In this document: positions 10,381 to 18,049 of the stretch, one piece after another
Position numbering within the stretch: the stretch's first letter is position 1
How the letters are laid out: each line of letters starts with the position of its first letter
Source: an uncultured Bryobacteraceae bacterium
GTDB lineage: Bacteria; Acidobacteriota; Terriglobia; Bryobacterales; Bryobacteraceae
Length of the DNA stretch: 60,479 bases
Direction: 5' to 3'
NCBI GenBank assembly: GCA_955652915.1
Contig: CATPCJ010000247.1
Coordinates: forward strand, 1 to 60,479
Position numbers and translations under genes: made by a program
The notes under the pieces: generated by a model
What the model was told of the DNA's origin: nothing
What the model saw: only the letters and a program-made list of their open reading frames with translations
Databases searched by the model: none

Positions 10381-11896
10381 TTCTTCTCCCTCCTTTTCGC
10401 TGCCGGCGGACCTGGATGTCTTTGAGGCTTGGAACTTCTCCTGGTTTCAGACCGTAGTAGTCGTAGCCAACAATCCGCGCATGGGGGAAATTTTCGTTGG
10501 GCCGGTAGATTGTGGCCGGCGGCCAATTGTCCATGGTAGGCGCATCGCAGAAAGGACATACTCGATCCTGGTCCTCCAATAAATAGCCACAGCGGATCGG
10601 CTCTGGCTGGGCTTGCACCAAAGCACCGGTTTCCGGATCGGGAACAAATATCTTGATTAGCGGTGTGTACCGGTTCCGGCACCGGCGCACTCGAATCGAT
10701 TCGTAGGAGGGCGGGTCGCCTAAATAAAACAGGCATTCCATCGTGCCCCGGTACCGGCGATACTCACCACTCGGACTCGGACGCTCCTCCGGCTCCGCCT
10801 CGAATTTGCCGACCCGAATTTGCCCCCAACGAGTCCGCCGATCCGACCGGCGGAGTAGTCCGGCACCCAGATAGGCGCCGTACATGCCTTCGGCAAACGA
10901 ATTTGCATGGGGATTGGGTAGCTGGCCGCGGACCGCGTTAATAACTGAGCGTGACAAGCTAATATCCGCTGGACGCCATTTCTCCAGACGATGGCGGTCC
11001 TTACAGTACCATCCGCCACATTGGCACTCTAGCACGTCGAAGTCGCCTTCCAGGCGCGCCGAGCGCCCCGGTGGAACTGGACTCTCCGGCCCCAAATTCG
11101 CGGGACCTTTAAGTTCTTTGATCCTGACCTGCAAATCACCGCATCGTATCACGGCTCGATTTCCGTCGCGGAAAAGCCTCGATGCATCGTTTTGGAAGGG
11201 GGCAATGACCATGTCACCCTGTGGCTGAAGCGTCAAGTTCGATCCGGGCAGCATCGTTAGGGCACGCACGCCGTTCACGGCGATGTCTGCCGCTTCGCCG
11301 CGGTAAGAGACGGTAACTTGACCGTTTGAGTAACTCAGGCTGTGCTCCGGGTCAAGGTACCACGCTAGTAATTTGTCGGCGATTTTGTGGACCGTATCGG
11401 CATCCTCAAGATAGTCCCATCCGCCAGCCGTCATCAGGCAATTGACGGAGTTCTCAAGAAACCGATTTGCAATGTTCACAGCCTCGATGAATTGGAACCT
11501 GAGCCATGCTGCCGCCCGGGGCCATCGGTGTTCAGGAGTAGTTGGATGTCCGTTGAGGACAGTGCGTCGCCATCCCAGGCCGTAAGCGACACAGCAGTCC
11601 ACGGCGTGGTTGAACGCGGGAGCCGCATTGGCGGCGAACTCGATGGCGAGTTGATTCACGATGGCCTCGTGGTGGGCCGTAACTAGATGTGCCCACGCTA
11701 CCGCACCGCCGATTGGGGCGAAATCCTTTGTCAGAACTCCGATGCAAACGGCAACACGCACCTCGATTGCAGTTGGGTTTCCAACCATGACCGCTTGAAC
11801 TTGGGTCTCCAGGCTCTCGATTTCTGGCGAAACCAGGGCTTCGAGATGGTGATTGCCGGATATCTCAAGAGCGCATACCAGATCATCAAAATTCAT
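10370..11896 (-). CDS. Hypothetical protein with Cys-rich (Zn-ribbon-like) motifs
   Basis: Long ORF, likely start MNFDD at 11896 (GGAG RBS); CQCGGWYC and CPFCD motifs; first gene of a coupled operon. Confidence 0.65.
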   Translation of the reverse strand: MNFDDLVCALEISGNHHLEALVSPEIESLETQVQAVMVGNPTAIEVRVAVCIGVLTKDFAPIGGAVAWAHLVTAHHEAIVNQLAIEFAANAAPAFNHAVDCCVAYGLGWRRTVLNGHPTTPEHRWPRAAAWLRFQFIEAVNIANRFLENSVNCLMTAGGWDYLEDADTVHKIADKLLAWYLDPEHSLSYSNGQVTVSYRGEAADIAVNGVRALTMLPGSNLTLQPQGDMVIAPFQNDASRLFRDGNRAVIRCGDLQVRIKELKGPANLGPESPVPPGRSARLEGDFDVLECQCGGWYCKDRHRLEKWRPADISLSRSVINAVRGQLPNPHANSFAEGMYGAYLGAGLLRRSDRRTRWGQIRVGKFEAEPEERPSPSGEYRRYRGTMECLFYLGDPPSYESIRVRRCRNRYTPLIKIFVPDPETGALVQAQPEPIRCGYLLEDQDRVCPFCDAPTMDNWPPATIYRPNENFPHARIVGYDYYGLKPGEVPSLKDIQVRRQRKGGRRNDG

Positions 11897-12204
11897 TCTC
11901 AACTCCAGTGAGAGGTTGCCGGCGGATGGAGGCAGTATGGCCGCCATTTCCAGGCCGCAACGGTTCCATAGACATATCGCACTGAAAACAAAGGATGATC
12001 GGGCACACATTGCTACCAGTCATCACTAGAAGTCGCATCCTTAAACCTCCGTCTTCGAGTGGCTATCAACTCCCAAACCTATTAGGGAGCTGCCCCCGGC
12101 AACTGAGCCTTCCGCTTCACCCGAATCACAATAACGTGACGTGACGAGCATTTTTATTTCAACAACTCTGGAAATCGCGGCAGTCAATCCCTGGTGCGCT
12201 ACAG

Positions 12205-12438
12205 TCAGGAGGTATCCCCCACCAGCGTGCGACTTAACTTTCTGGCCGCCTGGTTCTGACTCCAAGGCTCTAATCCAAAGTCGTACGGATTGTCGCGAGC
12301 AACCGCATCCCAGCGCGGAACTCCCCATACGGAACCACACTGCTCGCATTTCCACAGTTTGGCAAACCGTCCCATCTCGTTCTTGAATATTGTCACCGCG
12401 GCTTTGCCACGGCATCTTGGACAAATACGATCGATCAT
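12205..12438 (-). CDS. Small Zn-ribbon protein (77 aa)
   Basis: RBS AAGGAGAG 3 nt before ATG; CPRC...CEQCG. Confidence 0.55.
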   Translation of the reverse strand: MIDRICPRCRGKAAVTIFKNEMGRFAKLWKCEQCGSVWGVPRWDAVARDNPYDFGLEPWSQNQAARKLSRTLVGDTS

Positions 12439-12556
12439 ATTCTCTCCTTCATTTCTCCGGGACCCAGCAGGCTGTTGAAATACATTCCGGTCCAGATTAT
12501 TGATCCACGCGACCGGCACGTTGCGTCTTCATTGCCTTTGGCTGTAGGCTCATGGA

Positions 12557-12585
12557 GCACTCCCTTACGGTCGCGGTTCTGTAAG
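12557..12585. repeat. REP-like extragenic element
   Basis: GCACTCCCTTACGGTCGCGGTTCTG is the exact reverse complement of 56586-56610. Confidence 0.75.
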
Positions 12586-12601
12586 TTTGGAACCATGACC
12601 G

Positions 12602-12808
12602 CTAGATAAGCATCCAGATCAAAGCGGCAATTTCGACTGCCGGAATAAACCAGATATAGAATTCGCTCCTGTATCGCGGAGAAGCGATGATCCGATCCTC
12701 GATAATGTGAGGATGTTTGGAGTTCTTGCAAGCAAAGACGAGGCGATCCCGCTCCCACCGATGCTCCACTTGTCTCCCGCATCGTCCGCAGTCCCAATAA
12801 ACTCGCAT
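12602..12808 (-). CDS. Small protein with CxxC motif and C-terminal transmembrane helix
   Basis: GGAGG upstream; WDCGRCG and hydrophobic C-terminus FYIWFIPAVEIAALIWMLI. Confidence 0.45.
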   Translation of the reverse strand: MRVYWDCGRCGRQVEHRWERDRLVFACKNSKHPHIIEDRIIASPRYRSEFYIWFIPAVEIAALIWMLI

Positions 12809-13106
12809 GGCCAACCTGCCTCCAGCGAGAGTTAGGCCGCTGTCCGGCAGCCAGGAGGGTTTATCGAGTGAGGCGGCAAGGGCTGAAATGGGAGCTAAGA
12901 CTCAAAATCAGGAAAAGACCGACACGGTAGGGGCCGGATCGAACCGGATGAAGCTGTATTGCTCAGGTCAAGCGTGCGGTAGAGACATGCGCGTCGAGTG
13001 CAATTCCAACGTTTCAGAGGCGGATTGCACCCTCGGATTCTTTCCCCCGTCGAACCGTGTGCTCAACGCCTCGGCGCGAGTTTGCAGGACGCCCCCTGAT
13101 TCTTCT

Positions 13107-13137
13107 TTGAATTCAAGCAGTAGAAATGTGTTAGGAT
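13107..13137 (+). promoter_or_regulatory. Putative sigma70-type promoter for the tRNA-like/peptide transcript
   Basis: TTGAAT (13107-13112), 19-nt spacer, extended -10 TGnTAGGAT (13129-13137), 13 nt before the tRNA 5' end. Confidence 0.35.
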
Positions 13138-13150
13138 CTGTGCGTATTGG

Positions 13151-13341
13151 GCACCCGTAGCTTAATTGGTACGAAGACGCTCGCGGGAACCTTTGGAAGC
13201 TTGGTTTGGGAGACGGGCAGCTTTTTCCAGGGTATCAATGCCGGTAGCTCGTTCCTTGTGGAAGAAGCGGAACAAAAGGGTCTCAAAAGCACCAGTTTTG
13301 GGAACTGGGAGATGCGGGTTCGAATCCCGTCAGGTGCGCCA
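13151..13341 (+). tRNA. tRNA-like gene, anticodon UGG (Pro codon CCA), with ~114-nt insertion in the D-loop
   Basis: Acceptor GCACCCG/CAGGTGC (one C:A mismatch), U8A9, D-stem GCTT(13160-63)/AAGC(13287-90), anticodon arm CCAGT-TTTGGGA-ACTGG, variable GAGAT, T-arm GCGGG-TTCGAAT-CCCGT, G73 and encoded CCA; insertion about 13172-13285. Confidence 0.85.
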
Positions 13342-13412
13342 TCTTTGCTCTTATTCTCCGGTCATTGTTTCCGGAAATGGCCGCGCGGTTTAATCTCTGT
13401 TTGGTCAGTTTC

Positions 13413-13439
13413 CGGCCCACCGGATGTTTCGGTGGGCCG
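13413..13439 (+). promoter_or_regulatory. Perfect 10-bp hairpin just upstream of the peptide RBS
   Basis: CGGCCCACCG-GATGTTT-CGGTGGGCCG, no U-tract; RBS AAAGGAGGTGAT at 13451-13462. Confidence 0.5.
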
Positions 13440-13468
13440 ATTCAACGATGAAAGGAGGTGATAACAAA

Positions 13469-13777
13469 ATGGACAACAACAAGGAGCTACAGAACCTGGT
13501 AGGCTCGCTGGGTGCAGTCAGCCGCAGTTTGGCTGATACCGCCGCGTCATTGGCGGAGAATGCTGTGCCAGTCGCCGTACCAGTAAAGACGTCCGGGAAA
13601 GCTGCTGCTCCACCGGGCGTTTTGGCTGCCATTGCGGCTGGCGCACCAGTCTCACTGCCACCCGCCGGGCTGCCACTGGCGCGAACCTTGAGCGACCACG
13701 CCGCACCAGTGGCGAGGTCTGCTCCATTGATCGCGCCAGCCGTTCCAGTCTTTGCGCCACTGGTTAAAGTCCAGTGA
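13469..13777 (+). CDS. 102-aa Ala/Val/Pro-rich precursor-like peptide with CCA-biased Pro codons
   Basis: Perfect SD AAAGGAGGTGAT; Pro-free 33-aa leader-like N-terminus, then repeated (A/V/L)-P-(V/L/A/P) units; 11 of 13 Pro codons are CCA. Confidence 0.85.
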   Translation: MDNNKELQNLVGSLGAVSRSLADTAASLAENAVPVAVPVKTSGKAAAPPGVLAAIAAGAPVSLPPAGLPLARTLSDHAAPVARSAPLIAPAVPVFAPLVKVQ

Positions 13778-13790
13778 AGCGAAGATGAGA

Positions 13791-13857
13791 GCGTTGAAAC
13801 CCTGGAGTGAAACCCTGGAATAGATTACCCTGGACCGTGGGGCGCCGCTTGATACCC
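13791..13857 (+). repeat. Four copies of the motif TTGA(T/A)ACCCTGGA in the peptide 3'-UTR, complementary to the tRNA insertion
   Basis: GCGTTGAAACCCTGGA (13791-13806), TGAAACCCTGGAA (13808-13820), TACCCTGGA (13826-13834), TTGATACCC (13849-13857) versus insertion TTCCAGGGTATCAATGC (13225-13241). Confidence 0.85.
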
Positions 13858-13864
13858 GGCGCCC
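13840..13864. terminator. GC-rich hairpin between the convergent peptide and N-oxygenase genes
   Basis: GGGCGCCG-CTTGATACC-CGGCGCCC; weak U-tract; the loop carries the fourth repeat copy. Confidence 0.5.
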
Positions 13865-13872
13865 TCTATCGT

Positions 13873-14820
13873 CTATTTGCTCGCGCTCCGGGAATGCAAC
13901 GGGAATCCCTGTTCGAACATTGCGTCGGCAACCTCGCGCAACTCGAAGGCTCCCGCATCCCGGAACACCCGTAGCGTGGCCCGGCTGGCAGCGCGCGCAT
14001 TGGCGAGTAGCGTTTCCGGCGGGTAGCTCTCTTCCAGTATCGTTTCCGCCTCACGCACACTATAGTGTCGCCGGAGAAATGCGCGGATGGCGGGATCGTC
14101 GACCTTCAAGAATCCCAAAATAAACCGGGGCAGGGAGCTTCCGATGGTGACTTGGAGGCGCCGGGGCATCTGGGGCCATGCGATTCGACACACCTTGGCG
14201 AAGAACGCGTGGTGGTGAACCTCGTCCTCAGCGTGGTCCGCGGCCATTTCCCGAACCGCGGGAATCACATCGTCCGCTTGGGGAATACACAAGAGGGACC
14301 CGGAGATCAGAGTTTCGGAAACGACAACAAAGAATAGCTCTACCCAGGCCCGCGCTTCCGGCTCCGCCGCGGACACAGCCGAGTGGAAAAACTCCAACCC
14401 AGGATGCCCTGACCCTCCATCGAACCGGAATCCCGTTGCAGCCTGGATCTGAAACATCAGATCGGCCGAAAAGAGAGAATGATAACCCTCATCGCAGTAA
14501 ATTTTGCGGGCGTCCAAGAGGGCGTCTTGCGGAAGGGAGAGCCCGGCAAGTCCGTCGGCCAATTTCCGCACTGTCCGATTCACCACTTCGTGCTCCAGAC
14601 GATCCGTGAAATGAAGGTACGAAAATAACTGCTGCATCAAGCCTTCCCGGACGATCTTTGGGTCGGCGGAGGCGAGAAGGGGGTGCTTTATGAACGGAGT
14701 AAGTTCCGCGGGAAAACATCCAAGCCCTTGCTGTTCAAGCTGCTGCCCCAGCAACCTCCTTGGCCTGGAGCGGACGGTGGCTCGTTGATGCCAATCCCCG
14801 AGCACCGTCTTATACTCCAC
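13873..14820 (-). CDS. AurF/CmlI-like non-heme diiron N-oxygenase
   Basis: YLHFTDRLEHEVVN, IYCDEGYHSLF, VVSETLIS, DHAEDEVHHHAFF diiron-ligand motifs. Confidence 0.85.
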   Translation of the reverse strand: MEYKTVLGDWHQRATVRSRPRRLLGQQLEQQGLGCFPAELTPFIKHPLLASADPKIVREGLMQQLFSYLHFTDRLEHEVVNRTVRKLADGLAGLSLPQDALLDARKIYCDEGYHSLFSADLMFQIQAATGFRFDGGSGHPGLEFFHSAVSAAEPEARAWVELFFVVVSETLISGSLLCIPQADDVIPAVREMAADHAEDEVHHHAFFAKVCRIAWPQMPRRLQVTIGSSLPRFILGFLKVDDPAIRAFLRRHYSVREAETILEESYPPETLLANARAASRATLRVFRDAGAFELREVADAMFEQGFPLHSRSASK

Positions 14821-14974
14821 CGTCTTCCCCCCACCCTTTCAGCATTTTTCCGCACGCGCCGGTTTGCCAGTTCCGATTAACGCGATATAGTCTTGAATCG
14901 TATCACAATCGCCGGACAACCCAAGACGGCCCGTCAAATTGTCGCGATTTTATTTCTGGTGATACGATAAGCTG

Positions 14975-15814
14975 GTGCAGAGCATCACCGAATCCTTACA
15001 GGCGGCATATCGTGAAAGATCCAAAATGTTCGATGCAATCTGTAATGCCTCTCCCTGGCATCGTTTGTATCGCGAAACCACGCTGACCGCGATCGATCGC
15101 ACGCTGTCCACACTCCCGCCAGGTCCACTCCGCATTCTCGATGCCGGCGGGGGTACGGGCTTGATGGCGGAGTGGCTCGCTAAAAAGGGTCATCACGTCG
15201 TGCTGGTCGACACTCTTCCGGATATGCTCGAGATCTCGCGAAAGAAGAGCCGCGAAACTCCCTTTGAAGTGCGTCAAGGCGATCTCTCGGATCTGTCCTG
15301 GCTCGATCCGGAATCTTTCGACGCAATCGTTTGCACCCAAGTGCTGAACTTTTTCCCAGACTTGGGCGCCGTGTTCCAGCAATTCGCCGGCGTGCTCAAA
15401 CCGTCGGGCATGGTGTTCGCCGATATCGACAATCCACTACGCTGGTGCCTGATTGAGGCGTTGGACGGTCAAATCGAGAATGCTATCGCGATCGTCCGGT
15501 CGGGAAAGGACGAACGCCGGAACATCGTCGGGGCGGATTATTTCTTTCACCGTAAGCAAGATCTGGCCGAGATCGTCGCATCCGCCGGGTTGAGACTGGA
15601 AGCTTCCTGGGGGGTTGCGTACATCGCCCCCTATGTGCATATTTTTGCGCGATCGCAAGAGTTCCTTACTCCTGAAAAGCTCCCTGAGCGAGCTGCGTTC
15701 TTCGCTCGCGAAGAGAACTATGAAAAGCTCAGGGCCCTGGAAGCGGAACTGGCGGCGCTCGACTTATGCGACGAAATGGCCGGCTACTTGCAGTTTTTCT
15801 GCGTTAAGCACTGA
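14975..15814 (+). CDS. Class I SAM-dependent methyltransferase
   Basis: ILDAGGGTG, VVLVD, SFDAIVCTQVL, VLKPSG. Confidence 0.9.
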   Translation: MQSITESLQAAYRERSKMFDAICNASPWHRLYRETTLTAIDRTLSTLPPGPLRILDAGGGTGLMAEWLAKKGHHVVLVDTLPDMLEISRKKSRETPFEVRQGDLSDLSWLDPESFDAIVCTQVLNFFPDLGAVFQQFAGVLKPSGMVFADIDNPLRWCLIEALDGQIENAIAIVRSGKDERRNIVGADYFFHRKQDLAEIVASAGLRLEASWGVAYIAPYVHIFARSQEFLTPEKLPERAAFFAREENYEKLRALEAELAALDLCDEMAGYLQFFCVKH

Positions 15815-15825
15815 GGCGCCCTTCC

Positions 15826-16752
15826 ATGCTGAAACGAGGCTTCTTCTCCAATATCATGGTCGCCACCTACGTGGTGGACGCGGCCCTGATTGCAGCCGAA
15901 CATTCGCTCGGTGGCGACTGGCACGAAAAGATGATGCTGGCTCTCATCGTCCTTATGTTCGGCAAGTTCATCGACCTATCGGTCAGCTTGGCTAAGCTCG
16001 AGCGTGAGAATTCGCCCTGGAAGGAAGAGCAGCAGTTTATCGAGGACCACCCGGATTTCGCCGCCTGGGTCAGGTCGGTGATTGGAAACTACAACCGAGC
16101 CCAAGGCTTCACAAATAACACTTACCAGGAGCACCTCCAAGAGGATTTGGAGGAGTTCCGGGTCAGGATGGGCCGTTACAGCCACGGACATATCGAGAAT
16201 TCACAGGAGCGTCCGCCGGGCTTCTTCTACCGTCATCCGGACTATTTCGAACGGGACACAGAGAAGCGCATGGTGGCCACGTGCATTGTGGAGCGCGGCG
16301 CGTTTTGGGAGGTAGGTTCTTCGAAGTTGCTGCTGGAGCGGCAGGGCCAATTAGCGAGCAGGGGTATCGAAGTGATGCGTATCTTTATCGAGCGTAAAGA
16401 GGGGCTGGCCAGACTGCAACCCGCCATCGACCTGCATCAACAGAATTGCGTTCCCGTGCGCATCGCCTTGATCGATGACGACAGTAACCCGGTGCCGGAG
16501 CGGCTGCATAACGACTTCATGGTTATCGACGAGAGTGTGTTGATCCGGCAGGAAATGAGGAACGGTAAGCTCGCCAGCACCAAAGTCTGGCTCGGACAGG
16601 ATACCGAGGGAAAGCGCGAAATCGACATAGCTCTACTCGATTTTGAGTCGCTCAAGACGGAGTACAGCCTTCCTCCCGTGGAAGCGTTTCGCCGTGCTGG
16701 TATCCCAATGGTAGCGGCCACCAAACAACTTGCTCCGCCGCCTCAAAAGTGA
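15826..16752 (+). CDS. Hypothetical protein with two N-terminal TM helices and a DUF6879-like C-terminal domain
   Basis: Two hydrophobic segments; GIEVMRIFI and HNDFMVIDE segments; 11 nt from the upstream gene. Confidence 0.55.
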   Translation: MLKRGFFSNIMVATYVVDAALIAAEHSLGGDWHEKMMLALIVLMFGKFIDLSVSLAKLERENSPWKEEQQFIEDHPDFAAWVRSVIGNYNRAQGFTNNTYQEHLQEDLEEFRVRMGRYSHGHIENSQERPPGFFYRHPDYFERDTEKRMVATCIVERGAFWEVGSSKLLLERQGQLASRGIEVMRIFIERKEGLARLQPAIDLHQQNCVPVRIALIDDDSNPVPERLHNDFMVIDESVLIRQEMRNGKLASTKVWLGQDTEGKREIDIALLDFESLKTEYSLPPVEAFRRAGIPMVAATKQLAPPPQK

Positions 16753-16779
16753 TCGGGCGGCCATCGGCCTGGGGTGCTC

Positions 16780-17916
16780 ATGCTGAATCGACAGCCTCTT
16801 CGCTGCTGGGCTGAAATCTCGCGGCGACAGATCGGGGAGAATTTCGACGCGGTCCGCCGCCTGGTCGCGCCGGCAGTGGAATTGGCGCCCGTGGTAAAGG
16901 CCGATGCTTGCGGCCATGGCGCTGTCGAAGTCTCGCGTATCCTCTGCGAGCGCGGCGCGCGGTGGCTGGCGGTTGCAAGCACCGGCGAAGGCGTCCGCTT
17001 GCGCGAAGCGGGTGTCGGTGTCCGCATACTCGTGATGGCGGATTTTCTCCAGGTCGAACCATCCGCGCTGATCGGGTATGGCCTGACGCCGGTTGTCCAT
17101 TCTTTGCCCGATATCCTCGCCTGGGACAAGCTCAACCGCCAGCACGGAGTCTCCCGCCCGTACCACCTTAAAGTGGATACGGGGCTGTGCCGACTGGGCA
17201 CTCGCGCCACCGCGCCGGAGATCGCCGAGGCCGTGAGGGGATGCTCGGCGGCACAGATCGAAGGATTGATGACTCACTTCGCGTCCGCCGCGGATTACAC
17301 CGGCGCCCAGACCACGGAACAAATCACGTCTTTTCTCCAACTCGCGGCTGCACTCAGACAGTGCGGCATTGCGATCCGCTATCTGCACCTCTCCGGGACG
17401 GTCCCGATTGCGTACGGGCGCAGGGAGGCATGGCAACAGATGGTGCGGCCAGGCCACGCGATCTACGGTTATGTCGCGCCGGCTTCGGGCGATGCCGCGC
17501 CGCCGAGCATGCTGCATGTTCGGCCCGCGCTGACATGGAAGGCTTCTATTCTCGCGATCAAGGATGTGCCTCTGGGCGCCGGCATCGGCTATCGAGCAAC
17601 GTACCGCGCACCCGCGCCCATGCGCCTCGCGATCCTGGCCGCGGGCTATGCCGACGGCATCCCGCACCAACTCGCAAACACCGGCCAAGTCATCGCGGGC
17701 GGCAAGCTCGCGCCCATCGTCGGCGCGGTCGGCATGGATCTGACATCCATCGACATCACCAGCTCACCGCACTTGCAGCCAGGGGATGCGGTTACTCTGC
17801 TCGGTTCAGAAGGCGGCATCTCGATCGACGCACAACAGCTCGGCCAAATGGCCGGCACAAGTTCTTACAGCATTCTCTGCGGGATCGCGGCCAGAGTCAA
17901 GCGTGTCTGGGTATAA
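16780..17916 (+). CDS. alr: Alanine racemase-family PLP enzyme (divergent)
   Basis: WAEIS, VVKADACGHG (PLP Lys), HLKVDTGLCRLG, GLMTHFASAD, MVRPGHAIYG, GIGYRATY, GYADG, GAVGMD. Confidence 0.9.
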   Translation: MLNRQPLRCWAEISRRQIGENFDAVRRLVAPAVELAPVVKADACGHGAVEVSRILCERGARWLAVASTGEGVRLREAGVGVRILVMADFLQVEPSALIGYGLTPVVHSLPDILAWDKLNRQHGVSRPYHLKVDTGLCRLGTRATAPEIAEAVRGCSAAQIEGLMTHFASAADYTGAQTTEQITSFLQLAAALRQCGIAIRYLHLSGTVPIAYGRREAWQQMVRPGHAIYGYVAPASGDAAPPSMLHVRPALTWKASILAIKDVPLGAGIGYRATYRAPAPMRLAILAAGYADGIPHQLANTGQVIAGGKLAPIVGAVGMDLTSIDITSSPHLQPGDAVTLLGSEGGISIDAQQLGQMAGTSSYSILCGIAARVKRVWV

Positions 17917-18049
17917 GGCTGGGAGGTACGGATGGTGCATCCGCACCCTTACGAAGCAGTGAAAAAATCGGTCACGGCTACGCCAGGATTCTCTCGTTTT
18001 GCCGGCGGGTGTAAATCGGCATGACGGCCAGCAAGGTAAACTATCATAA

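Noticed and set aside
13197..13250. Second degenerate tRNA inside the insertion (AAGC..TTTGGGA at 13197-13211; GTAGCTC at 13244-13250)
   Set aside because: No anticodon stem or T-arm forms, and the alternative 5' strand pairs poorly with the acceptor. Origin of the insert by ancient tRNA duplication is not excluded.
13172..13285. tRNA insertion as a group I/II intron, or the RNA as tmRNA
   Set aside because: Too short, with no recognisable P7 core or GUGYG/domain V. It has a full anticodon arm and no G3:U70 pair, unlike tmRNA.
13289..13296. GCACCAGT shared between the tRNA anticodon-stem region and two Ala-Pro-Val codon runs in the peptide gene
   Set aside because: An 8-nt match is expected from the CCA bias and Ala-Pro-Val composition; no mechanism is supported.
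13791..13857. CRISPR array or simple operator repeats
   Set aside because: Units are 9-16 nt with irregular 1-14 nt gaps, there are no cas genes, and they lie between convergent genes where an operator is unlikely. Complementarity to the tRNA insert explains them better.
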